Positions 1-7,174 of a stretch of 64,000 nucleotides of DNA are shown piece by piece; the first letter of the stretch is position 1; every line of letters starts with the position of its first letter. Made by a program: the position numbers and the translations under genes. Origin of the DNA: a virus. The stretch lies in the IMG/VR virus record IMGVR_UViG_3300017780_004980, positions 1 through 64,000 of that record, one strand, 5' to 3'. Below the pieces are notes generated by a model. It was not told the origin of the DNA, ran no database searches, and worked only from the letters and a program-made list of their open reading frames with translations.

Positions 1-80
1 AACTGGGCAATCTCCCTGCCCCTGTCGTCGTTCCCCTGTATGACCAGGCTGTCCAGGGCTCGGTGCGCTCTCGTCTTCAT
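1..80 (-). CDS. hypothetical protein, 5' part only (runs off window edge)
   Basis: ATG at 80 preceded by GGAGG in a hairpin RBS (86-99); open to position 1. Confidence 0.55.
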   Translation of the reverse strand, partial: MKTRAHRALDSLVIQGNDDRGREIAQ

Positions 81-139
81 CTGTCGGTCCTCCATGACCA
101 ATGGGGGGGCGGGGGCCATCCCTACCCCCCGATCTCCTA

Positions 140-427
140 CTACCAGGCGGTGGCTTCGATCTCCCGCCGGTTGCTGTTGTATGCGTCCAGGGCCAGGCCC
201 TTCTTGACAGCCTGTACGGCCCCGAAGCGGGTGCGGCCCTTGCTGGCAGCGATCAGCTTCTCGACATCCTGGCGATCAGTGCATTCGATCACCACGTCCC
301 AACCATGCTCGTACATGGACAGGGCATACTGGGTCAGCACCCAGCTCGTCAGTTCTTCGACCGTCCAGCGGACAGTGTCAGCCCAATCAGTCTTCGGGGG
401 GCGGGGGGTCTTCGTCGTCTGGGCCAT
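140..427 (-). CDS. hypothetical early protein
   Basis: 95 aa ORF, AAGGAGG RBS, own promoter 471-498, GC3-rich codons. Confidence 0.8.
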   Translation of the reverse strand: MAQTTKTPRPPKTDWADTVRWTVEELTSWVLTQYALSMYEHGWDVVIECTDRQDVEKLIAASKGRTRFGAVQAVKKGLALDAYNSNRREIEATAW

Positions 428-470
428 GTGATCCTCCTTGATCTGGCTGGGGGGTGGTTCCCTTACACGT

Positions 471-498
471 ACACTGACACTGTCCCCCTAGGGGTCAA
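471..498 (-). promoter_or_regulatory. sigma70-type promoter
   Basis: TTGACC-N16-CAGTGT; GTCGCTTT box upstream. Confidence 0.6.
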
Positions 499-531
499 GG
501 GGAAAGCGACTGCCTCCCCCTTGGTGCCTGG

Positions 532-837
532 CTAGACCTCGAACACCCCGTTGCAGGCATGTTGTTGTTCCGCCCACCTCTGGGCCGCCAGGGGGTTCCT
601 GAAGGCCGCCTGGTCGAGGCGGGTGAGGCCCTGCTTGCGCCGGACATACAGCTCGAAGCCCCTGTCGGTCTCGACCACGGCCATGCGCTGCTCCGTGTCA
701 CCGTTCCAGTTTTTCAGCTTGAACTCCAGCACCACCCCGGCGGTCTGGGCATGGGCTTCATGCCTGATCTCGTCGCAGGTCCTGCCGACCCCGCCCAGGG
801 CGTCGAACAGCGGCTTGTTTTCGGTCCAGATGCTCAT
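532..837 (-). CDS. hypothetical early protein
   Basis: 101 aa ORF with GGAGG RBS and promoter 874-901. Confidence 0.8.
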   Translation of the reverse strand: MSIWTENKPLFDALGGVGRTCDEIRHEAHAQTAGVVLEFKLKNWNGDTEQRMAVVETDRGFELYVRRKQGLTRLDQAAFRNPLAAQRWAEQQHACNGVFEV

Positions 838-873
838 GTGGGTATCCTCCGTGATCCCGTTGTTTACCCTCTC

Positions 874-911
874 ATCGTGACACTGGCCTGCTGGTTTGCA
901 AGTGGTTGCAA
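874..911 (-). promoter_or_regulatory. promoter whose -35 is half of the TTGCAA operator (896-911)
   Basis: TTGCAA-N16-CACGAT. Confidence 0.6.
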
Positions 912-1154
912 ACTGAAAAGCGACACAGCGTGGGAGCCCCTGGGAGCACTGGGGGCGGCACTGGCCCGAAACAGGTAGGATCGTATGGCAGCCCTGGCGG
1001 CTTGGGCCTGGCGCCCTGGGCCATCACAGGGATGCGCTACCTGGAAAGGCAGAGCCTCTCTTGTCATGGGTGATTGTGTCCTGTCCCAGTGGCCTGGCTG
1101 GGCGGAGCCTGGCGGCACTGGGACATCTCTAGGCTCCCGAGGGGGCCGGCGAGG

Positions 1155-1427
1155 TCACTCGAAGCTGAGGCCTTCCGCGCCGAACACCACCTTGGTCACC
1201 CGCCGGGTCCGGGCCTCCTCCTCGTCGAGCAGGCGGTGGCACAGGGCGTGCTGCACCTTCGCCTCGGCCTCCAGCCTGGTGTGCTTGTCGACGAGCTCCT
1301 GCATCAGCGGGTCCGGCTTCGTCTTCAGGCGCTCCTTCACGACACCCAGCAGCTGAAGCAGGGTCATCTCCCTGCGGTGGGCGAGGCGGCCGAGCTCTTG
1401 CTGTGCGGCAACGACTGGGCTGGTCAT
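1155..1427 (-). CDS. hypothetical protein (helical)
   Basis: MTSPVVAAQQ start, GGAGG RBS, TGATG overlap with upstream gene. Confidence 0.75.
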   Translation of the reverse strand: MTSPVVAAQQELGRLAHRREMTLLQLLGVVKERLKTKPDPLMQELVDKHTRLEAEAKVQHALCHRLLDEEEARTRRVTKVVFGAEGLSFE

Positions 1428-1579
1428 CAGTAACCTCCATGCGAGAGCGACAGGGCCCAGGCGACGCCGACCATGCCGGCGACGATGATGGCGTTCAGCA
1501 CCCACGGCATGACATCGTCAGCGGTGAGCGGGCGGCTGTAGGGCTTGCGGCTGCGGGTGATCTTGCGGCGGGCAGTCAT
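1427..1579 (-). CDS. small membrane protein (basic N-terminus, one TM helix)
   Basis: MTARRK...WVLNAIIVAGMVGVAWALSL; RBS hairpin 1582-1597; promoter 1623-1650. Confidence 0.75.
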   Translation of the reverse strand: MTARRKITRSRKPYSRPLTADDVMPWVLNAIIVAGMVGVAWALSLSHGGY

Positions 1580-1622
1580 CTGGAACCTCCATGTTCCGGT
1601 GGGTGGCCAAGGGCCTACTCGT

Positions 1623-1673
1623 ACTCTGGCACTGGGCGGCTGGGGGTCAAGGGGGATTTGCAAGTGGTTGCAA
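1623..1673 (-). promoter_or_regulatory. promoter plus operator (1658-1673)
   Basis: TTGACC-N16-CAGAGT; TTGCAAGTGGTTGCAA 7 nt upstream of -35. Confidence 0.7.
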
Positions 1674-1687
1674 ATCCCGCCGAGAGG

Positions 1688-1819
1688 CTAGAAACCGAGG
1701 GCCAGAAGGGCGCGAGCCCAAAGGGCGAGTTTTTGGCCAGGTTTCCGAGAAAGAAGGTGAGGGTTCAAAAGCGAGTTGGAAATTGGGGTTTGCAATTTCC
1801 AAAGGGGCAGTTTTTTCAT
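1688..1819 (-). CDS. 43-aa cationic peptide (absent from ORF track)
   Basis: MKKLPLWKLQTPISNSLLNPHLLSRKPGQKLALWARALLALGF; AAGGAGG RBS and promoter 1840-1867. Confidence 0.6.
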   Translation of the reverse strand: MKKLPLWKLQTPISNSLLNPHLLSRKPGQKLALWARALLALGF

Positions 1820-1839
1820 GGTGTCCTCCTTGACCCCCT

Positions 1840-1879
1840 ATCGTCTCATGGCCCGGCTCCGGGTCAAATGAAAAGCGAC
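1840..1879 (-). promoter_or_regulatory. promoter with GTCGCTTTT box
   Basis: TTGACC-N16-GACGAT. Confidence 0.55.
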
Positions 1880-1914
1880 TGCCGGCGGGGATTCTACACC
1901 CCGCCGCCGGCCGG

Positions 1915-2091
1915 CTAGGAGCCCGACAGGTAGCTCGCCAGGCGGTAGGCCGCCTCTCCGGCTTCGAGCCCGTCAAATTGGCCGCCGTCGGCCATGATTT
2001 GCGCCGCCTCCCGGGCAAACTCAAGGGTGAGCCCGTCGGGCAGGTCGGCTTCAAGCGCCTGCTCTACAATGATGTCCAGATCGAGAGCCAC
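1915..2091 (-). CDS. small acidic hypothetical protein
   Basis: GTG start after GGAGG; promoter 2126-2153. Confidence 0.7.
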   Translation of the reverse strand: MALDLDIIVEQALEADLPDGLTLEFAREAAQIMADGGQFDGLEAGEAAYRLASYLSGS

Positions 2092-2125
2092 TTCATCCTC
2101 CGTGATAAGTGTGGTTGACCCGTCT

Positions 2126-2165
2126 ACGATAGCCCGAGCCCCCGGCTGGGCAAGGGAAAAGCGAC
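2126..2165 (-). promoter_or_regulatory. promoter with GTCGCTTTT box
   Basis: TTGCCC-N16-TATCGT. Confidence 0.65.
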
Positions 2166-2171
2166 TTGGGG

Positions 2172-2202
2172 GCAAAGAAAGTCGGCCCCCTGGGGAGGGG
2201 GC
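2172..2202 (-). terminator. probable intrinsic terminator
   Basis: GGCCCCCT-CCCC-AGGGGGCC hairpin followed by GACTTTCTTT on minus strand, just after the 2215 stop. Confidence 0.5.
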
Positions 2203-2214
2203 CGGGGCTCTCTT

Positions 2215-2367
2215 TTAGGAGAGATTTTCCACTGTGAGCCGGTAAAGAGACCCGTCAGTGAGGTAGATTTTGAGGGACTCTTGGTCCTCTTTGAGGAGAA
2301 GTTCGACATCCTCTCTCTTGGAGAGGAGGTCCGTCAGCTGCTCAAGGAATGTGGATTTGTTGCTCAT
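2215..2367 (-). CDS. small hypothetical protein (50 aa)
   Basis: MSNKSTF start, GGAGG RBS, promoter 2399-2426, downstream terminator. Confidence 0.75.
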   Translation of the reverse strand: MSNKSTFLEQLTDLLSKREDVELLLKEDQESLKIYLTDGSLYRLTVENLS

Positions 2368-2398
2368 GTGGTCCTCCATGACCCGTTGGGTATGGGTA

Positions 2399-2459
2399 AA
2401 CGTAACCCGGGACGGCGGGGGAGCAAGAGAAAAGCGCATTTCCGGACAGGAAAAGCGAC
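2399..2459 (-). promoter_or_regulatory. promoter with two CGCTTTT boxes
   Basis: TTGCTC-N16-TACGTT. Confidence 0.6.
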
Positions 2460-2566
2460 TGGCCGGACACAAGGCCGGCACCTGGTCAGCGGCCTCGCCG
2501 GCTCTCCGGCAGGTCGGCGGGTACACCCTCGTACGCCGCCTTCCTTAGACCGGCGGGGCGGGACCG

Positions 2567-2815
2567 TCAGTCGGGCATCAGGATTTCCAACCAGATCGTC
2601 GACTGCTGGTGGTCCGGGGCCTCCCAAGAGGTCTGGGCCATCCCGGAGTGGTTCGTCACCGGGCCGTGGGGGCCGAGGAGGCGGGAGAGGTCCGCGCGGG
2701 TCCGGGCATGGGCGGCGAGGGCCAGCGAGCGATAGGGGTGCGTGCTCAGGACCCGGCGGTGGGGCTCGCGGCCGTCGTCGTCAAAGGCCTGGGTGGTGAG
2801 GGTCAGTTCAAACAT
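2567..2815 (-). CDS. hypothetical early protein
   Basis: MFELTLTT start, GGAGG RBS, promoter 2853-2880. Confidence 0.8.
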   Translation of the reverse strand: MFELTLTTQAFDDDGREPHRRVLSTHPYRSLALAAHARTRADLSRLLGPHGPVTNHSGMAQTSWEAPDHQQSTIWLEILMPD

Positions 2816-2852
2816 CGGGCAATCCTCCGTGATTTGCCGTTGGGTACCAGTT

Positions 2853-2903
2853 ACCGTAGCCCGAGCCCCCGGCGGGTCAAGGGGTTTTTGCAAGTGGTTG
2901 CAA
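2853..2903 (-). promoter_or_regulatory. promoter plus operator (2888-2903)
   Basis: TTGACC-N16-TACGGT. Confidence 0.75.
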
Positions 2904-2921
2904 AAACCCGCCGGGCCTCGA

Positions 2922-3116
2922 TCAGTCGTCAGCGAACTGCCTCACCTCGGCGATCACCGACTGCCAGCAGTCATCTTCGACTGCATGGTCCTCCGGCCAG
3001 CCGGCATCCGCCAGCTTTCCCGCCAGCGTCCAGGTCGGCGACATCGGCCCCGTCGGCGACACCACCTTCAGGGCGGCTACAATCAGGGCCTTCTCGGCTA
3101 CGGTGAGTTCGGGCAT
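2922..3116 (-). CDS. hypothetical early protein
   Basis: MPELTVAE start, GGAGG RBS, promoter 3154-3180. Confidence 0.75.
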   Translation of the reverse strand: MPELTVAEKALIVAALKVVSPTGPMSPTWTLAGKLADAGWPEDHAVEDDCWQSVIAEVRQFADD

Positions 3117-3153
3117 CGGGCAATCCTCCATGAGTGCCGTTGGGTACTCGTCC

Positions 3154-3212
3154 ATCGTAGCCACTACGGCTGCGGGTCAAGAGAAAAGCGACTGCGGCTA
3201 CAGAAAAGCGGC
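3154..3212 (-). promoter_or_regulatory. promoter with two CGCTTTT boxes
   Basis: TTGACC-N15-TACGAT. Confidence 0.65.
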
Positions 3213-3300
3213 ACACCAGCGGCGACCCCCGACGGCGCCTGGCAGGTCAGCGGCATGCTCGTACACCCCGCCTTCCTTGGACCGACATACGCCGCCTTGC

Positions 3301-3558
3301 TTAGACCAGCACCCCCTCCATCGCCTGCTCGGCGATCTCCAGCTGAACGGACGCCTGGTCGTCGACCTGGCTGGGCCAAACGACACCCATCAGCTCCTCG
3401 ACCTTCATCACCGGCTTCGGGTGCGGGCCGAACAGCGACACCATCATCTGCCTGGTGCGGTCGAACTTGTCGGCCGCCAAGCCTGGCGTCAGGTTGCGGA
3501 ACAGGGTGCGCGTCATCTTCGTGCGCCCCTTCGTCAGGGTCAGGACGAGGTCATACAT
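3301..3558 (-). CDS. hypothetical early protein
   Basis: MYDLVLTL start after GGAGG hairpin 3564-3579. Confidence 0.8.
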   Translation of the reverse strand: MYDLVLTLTKGRTKMTRTLFRNLTPGLAADKFDRTRQMMVSLFGPHPKPVMKVEELMGVVWPSQVDDQASVQLEIAEQAMEGVLV

Positions 3559-3655
3559 GCGGGCGATCCTCCATGATCGGGTTGCTTCGCACGGCCTGTG
3601 CCCCCGCCGGTTTCCCGACGAGGGCTGGGCTGGGGGGCTTCTGGTGCCCGGCCGG

Positions 3656-4042
3656 TTAGAGGCTGATCTCGGCTTCGGTCGCCGCCTCCTCAACCACCGG
3701 GGCCGGCGCCGCCGCCTTCTTGGCGGCCATGGCGGCCTTGAGCACCGTCTTCTCGGGCAGGGTGAACTCGACCCCGGCGTGCTCCTTGCCAGTCCGGATG
3801 GCCGCGTAGATGTTGCCGGGCTTGCCGTCCTTCTCGGGGATGGCGATCTCGGTCACCTTCTGGCCGACCTTCTGGGTCAGGCGCCAACCGCCGCTTTCCA
3901 GCTGCTTGATTTCGTAGCCGTCCCGGCTGGAGGTGTAGTGGCCAGGCCCCTGGTAGTTGAAGGCGAACTTCACTTCCTTCGGGGCGGAGGGGGCGGCGGC
4001 CACAGTGGCGGTCGAGGCGGTCAGGTTGGATTTCTTGCTCAT
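3656..4042 (-). CDS. hypothetical Ala/Lys-rich early protein
   Basis: MSKKSNL start, strongly biased codons, promoter 4119-4146. Confidence 0.85.
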   Translation of the reverse strand: MSKKSNLTASTATVAAAPSAPKEVKFAFNYQGPGHYTSSRDGYEIKQLESGGWRLTQKVGQKVTEIAIPEKDGKPGNIYAAIRTGKEHAGVEFTLPEKTVLKAAMAAKKAAAPAPVVEEAATEAEISL

Positions 4043-4118
4043 GGTACGATCATCCTTGATCTGGCAGTTGACCCCCGTGCCGTCCTGGCGTTGGGGGTGT
4101 GTCCTTGTGGACAATTGA

Positions 4119-4169
4119 ACGATGACACTGGGGTCGGGGCTTGCAATAGAAAAATGCAAGTGCTTGCAT
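4119..4169 (-). promoter_or_regulatory. promoter plus variant operator (4154-4169)
   Basis: TTGCAA-N16-CATCGT; ATGCAAGTGCTTGCAT. Confidence 0.65.
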
Positions 4170-4363
4170 TATTTTTCCGTCGCCGCCCTCCCCCGTACGC
4201 ACGTTCGTTTACCTCTTGATCCACCGGCCGGGCTTCGGCTTCGGCAGCGGCCTGGCGGCCAGCTTCAACACAGCCTTCAACAGGCCGGCACTCTTCTTCT
4301 TCGACATACATCGCCTTCCTTGGACCGGCAGCCGCACACATGCGGGCCGCCTTGCTTAGACCG

Positions 4364-4600
4364 TCAGACCAGCTCCATGCAGGCGGCCATCAGCATCTGC
4401 TCTTGCTTGTCCGGCGTCAGGAGCCGGTACGCCTCGGCCATCTCGCCCGTGGCGGGATAGATCACGTTGTCGGCGGTGTAGTCGGCCAAGGCCCCCGGCC
4501 GCTCATCCTCGGGGACATCCTCGAAGTCGGCGCAAATCATCTCGGCTGCCATGCGCGCCTGGCTGGCTACCCACTTCTGCAATTCAGTACGTTCGGCCAT
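4364..4600 (-). CDS. hypothetical early protein
   Basis: 78 aa, AAGGAGG RBS, promoter 4635-4662. Confidence 0.8.
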   Translation of the reverse strand: MAERTELQKWVASQARMAAEMICADFEDVPEDERPGALADYTADNVIYPATGEMAEAYRLLTPDKQEQMLMAACMELV

Positions 4601-4634
4601 TCGTCGATCCTCCTTGATCTATGAGCCTACGATT

Positions 4635-4684
4635 ACGATGACACTGGGGACGCCTGCTGCAAGGCTTTTTGCAAGTGGTTGCAA
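4635..4684 (-). promoter_or_regulatory. promoter plus operator (4669-4684)
   Basis: TTGCAG-N16-CATCGT. Confidence 0.65.
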
Positions 4685-4843
4685 ACGGGCGTGACCTTTA
4701 AACCGTACGGACGTCGTCACATCTACGGCGGCCAGGCTACGGCGGCTACTACGTCGACGGACACACCTGCCGGCGGACACCGCCTTCCTTAGACCGGCAC
4801 CGACTTCCCCTGGTGTAGCCTTCCTTGGAGCATCCCGGCAGTT

Positions 4844-4859
4844 TTGCAAGTGGTTGCAA
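4844..4859. promoter_or_regulatory. TTGCAA-N4-TTGCAA site
   Basis: exact TTGCAAGTGGTTGCAA, intergenic. Confidence 0.75.
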
Positions 4860-4969
4860 CAAGGCGCCTGGCTGGACTGGGTCCCGACGGGGCCCCCTGG
4901 AGGGAGGGGACGGGCTGATCCAGGAAATTTGAGCTGAGGCTACAGAGCCTGGTGGGGGCCCTCGATGTC

Positions 4970-5674
4970 TCACCTGGTGAAGGCGCCTTCTACCCAGGCC
5001 CTGGTGTACACGCCGGCGGAGACAAGCACCTGGTTCATGGAGGTCGGCGACAGATCGGCAATTCCGAAATGCACGAGATCGACCCTGAACTGGCGGGCCC
5101 CATACCAAGCCAGTCGATCCTTCCTCCGGCCTGCTATGCGGGCCATGAGTTCGACGGCGGTGATCGGCCGGGCCTGCGGGGTAACACCAACCTCGGCGCC
5201 AGCTGGTTGAACCTCCGTGTTTCCGACTTCATCCTCCTCGGAACTGCACAGGACTACCCCTGGATCGTCCTTACCTACTCCCCCCTTCTGACTACCGTCT
5301 ATACGCCCTTCTAGGCTTCCTTGGAGCGTCATCAGCTCCTCAGCTACTTCTCTCCATACCTTTAGATATTCCTCCTTCTCTCCCCTCCTTGGAGAGTTCC
5401 TCATCCACTGGTCAATTCTCCCCCGGATTTGGTCGAAATCCTTTGGTGTGTCACTTGCAGGTCTATGGGTTCCCGCCGAAATTTCGTCTTTCATGGCTTG
5501 CAGGCGTCCCCGCAGGTTCTTTTCCTGGGGGCCGAGGGTGCCCTTCAAGGCCTCCATCGTGCTTTCCAGGTTATCTACGTGTCCCTTCCATGGGGCCCGC
5601 CGATGTTGTTTCGGATAGCCCTCCAGGATGGTCGTGATCTGGTTCAGGAGGTCGGTCGGGGTCGGTTTCGTCAT
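4970..5674 (-). CDS. hypothetical protein
   Basis: about 234 aa ORF from MTKPTP; atypical purine-rich middle; start uncertain. Confidence 0.6.
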   Translation of the reverse strand: MTKPTPTDLLNQITTILEGYPKQHRRAPWKGHVDNLESTMEALKGTLGPQEKNLRGRLQAMKDEISAGTHRPASDTPKDFDQIRGRIDQWMRNSPRRGEKEEYLKVWREVAEELMTLQGSLEGRIDGSQKGGVGKDDPGVVLCSSEEDEVGNTEVQPAGAEVGVTPQARPITAVELMARIAGRRKDRLAWYGARQFRVDLVHFGIADLSPTSMNQVLVSAGVYTRAWVEGAFTR

Positions 5675-5700
5675 GGAGGTCCCGCGAATTGGTCGAAATC

Positions 5701-5716
5701 TTGCAAGTGGTTGCAA
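5701..5716. promoter_or_regulatory. TTGCAA-N4-TTGCAA site
   Basis: exact copy, intergenic. Confidence 0.75.
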
Positions 5717-5734
5717 ACTACCAGTGCCGGTCGG

Positions 5735-5917
5735 TCATTTCGCTCCGGGACCGAGTACGGGCCAGCTCCTGTTGCGGTCGACGGGAGCATCATCCTCGTC
5801 GTCCTGGTTCCATTCAGCGTCGCACACCGGGCACCGCCAGTATCCCTGATCAGGGACAGCATCACCGTCCCCGCAATTCGGGCAGAGGTCTTCGTCGTCT
5901 TCAGGCGTGTCGGTCAT
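5735..5917 (-). CDS. small zinc-ribbon protein
   Basis: CPNC...CPVC motif, ATGA overlap with upstream gene. Confidence 0.7.
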   Translation of the reverse strand: MTDTPEDDEDLCPNCGDGDAVPDQGYWRCPVCDAEWNQDDEDDAPVDRNRSWPVLGPGAK

Positions 5918-6147
5918 TGTTCACCCTTCCTTGGACCAAGACGGTTCACGCTGACCGCGACCAGGCGAGCGTTCTTCTCCGGGGCCAGCTGGCCAAAGAC
6001 AGAGAGCACCTTCTCGTCCGACCAGCTGGATATATGGAGCGGCCGCCAGTTGGCGATCAACCACTTGACCATGGCGCCCCGCGCTTCTTCGTGGACCGTG
6101 TTGATGGTGATCTTGTCGCCAACCTGGATAGCGTAGGCCGTGGTCAT
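5914..6147 (-). CDS. hypothetical protein
   Basis: 77 aa, translational coupling on both sides. Confidence 0.75.
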   Translation of the reverse strand: MTTAYAIQVGDKITINTVHEEARGAMVKWLIANWRPLHISSWSDEKVLSVFGQLAPEKNARLVAVSVNRLGPRKGEQ

Positions 6148-6359
6148 TTCTTCTCTTCCATGGCGGTGACGGTGGCGGACTGGACTTCGGTGATGATCCG
6201 GCGGGCCTTGGCCAGGCTGTCGCGGGCGACGAATTCCTTGTCGGTGGTCCGCCGTTCGGCGGTGTCCGCCGGGAAATCCTCCCGCATCTTGTCGATGACG
6301 GCCCAGGACGGGGGGTCGATGATCCTGGCGACCTGTTCTTCGAGGGGCTTGACCATCAT
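6144..6359 (-). CDS. hypothetical protein
   Basis: 71 aa, ATGA overlaps. Confidence 0.75.
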   Translation of the reverse strand: MMVKPLEEQVARIIDPPSWAVIDKMREDFPADTAERRTTDKEFVARDSLAKARRIITEVQSATVTAMEEKK

Positions 6360-6580
6360 TCGATCTCCGTGATCAGGACGGCAACCAATCGAGTGTCCGT
6401 GTCCTGGGTCTTGGCTTCGAACAGGCTGTCGATCTGTTCGGTGGTCGCGCTGTTGCTGACCATAATCCCCGCGCAGGCGACCAGCCAGTTGACCTGGGCG
6501 GCGCGCTTGGTGGGCGAGACGGTCTTCACGTCGATCCCCAACGGGGTTCTGACGGCGTATCCTTCAACAGGCCGTATCAT
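6356..6580 (-). CDS. hypothetical protein
   Basis: MIRPVEGY start overlapping the 6577 stop. Confidence 0.7.
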   Translation of the reverse strand: MIRPVEGYAVRTPLGIDVKTVSPTKRAAQVNWLVACAGIMVSNSATTEQIDSLFEAKTQDTDTRLVAVLITEIE

Positions 6581-7014
6581 GTCGGGGCTCCAAACTTGGG
6601 CGGGACGGGAGCGTCCCAGCCCATCAAAATCATGATGCGTTTCCTGAGAGAGACGGGCAGGCCCATCTCGTCCATATCCCGCCAGGTTGCCGGTCGGATC
6701 AGGTCGCATTCGTAATCGCAGTCGTCGTCGGTCTCCCACCCATCTCCTCGGGTGAAGTGGCCATAGAAGCCTTCCATCACCCACCAGCCGACCTTCTTGT
6801 GCTCAGGGTCGAGCAGGCCCGCGATGGCGTCTTCGAGCATGCCGGCTTCAGCTTCTATAGCGGCGGACCCTCCTTTCGACTGGATTTCGTAGAACTCCAG
6901 GTCCAGCTGCTTCTGGCCGCCGGGGCCGTATTCGAAAAAGTAGTGGCTGCCGCCTTCGACGATCTGGAAGACAATCTTGCTCTTTCCCGGCCGAGGGTGT
7001 TCGTCATTCCCCAT
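6577..7014 (-). CDS. hypothetical protein
   Basis: 145 aa ORF in tightly packed operon. Confidence 0.75.
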   Translation of the reverse strand: MGNDEHPRPGKSKIVFQIVEGGSHYFFEYGPGGQKQLDLEFYEIQSKGGSAAIEAEAGMLEDAIAGLLDPEHKKVGWWVMEGFYGHFTRGDGWETDDDCDYECDLIRPATWRDMDEMGLPVSLRKRIMILMGWDAPVPPKFGAPT

Positions 7015-7174
7015 GGCGTAGACTCGTGATCTTGCGGGGCGCCCCGCCGTTGTACGGATGGAACCAGACGGAGCCGTCCTTCATGGTCAGGTACTCCCCG
7101 GGCAGCAGGTGGCCGGTCTCCGTGTCGCCCTTGTAGAGCGTCCCGACTTCAATAGCGGCGATCTGGTCAGTCAT
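7004..7174 (-). CDS. small hypothetical protein
   Basis: MTDQIAA start with AAGGAG RBS. Confidence 0.65.
   Translation of the reverse strand: MTDQIAAIEVGTLYKGDTETGHLLPGEYLTMKDGSVWFHPYNGGAPRKITSLRHGE

Larger units (their letters stand above)
2536..4830 (-). repeat. dispersed GGTCYAAGSAAGGCG repeat family (7 copies)
   Basis: copies near 2538, 3269, 3293, 4312, 4348, 4781 and 4817, in intergenic DNA after early genes. Confidence 0.7.

Noticed and set aside
4039-4311. ORF MYVEEEEC... preceded by AAGGAAGG and ending in an ATGA overlap
   Set aside because: It runs through a promoter, operator and leader hairpin with non-phage-like codons; more likely incidental, though not excluded.
2536-4830. 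Possible CRISPR or mini-array from the AAGGAAGG or TTGCAA repeats, given the Cas4-like gene
   Set aside because: Repeats are only 15-16 bp, irregularly spaced and separated by genes; no cas1, cas2 or effector genes.
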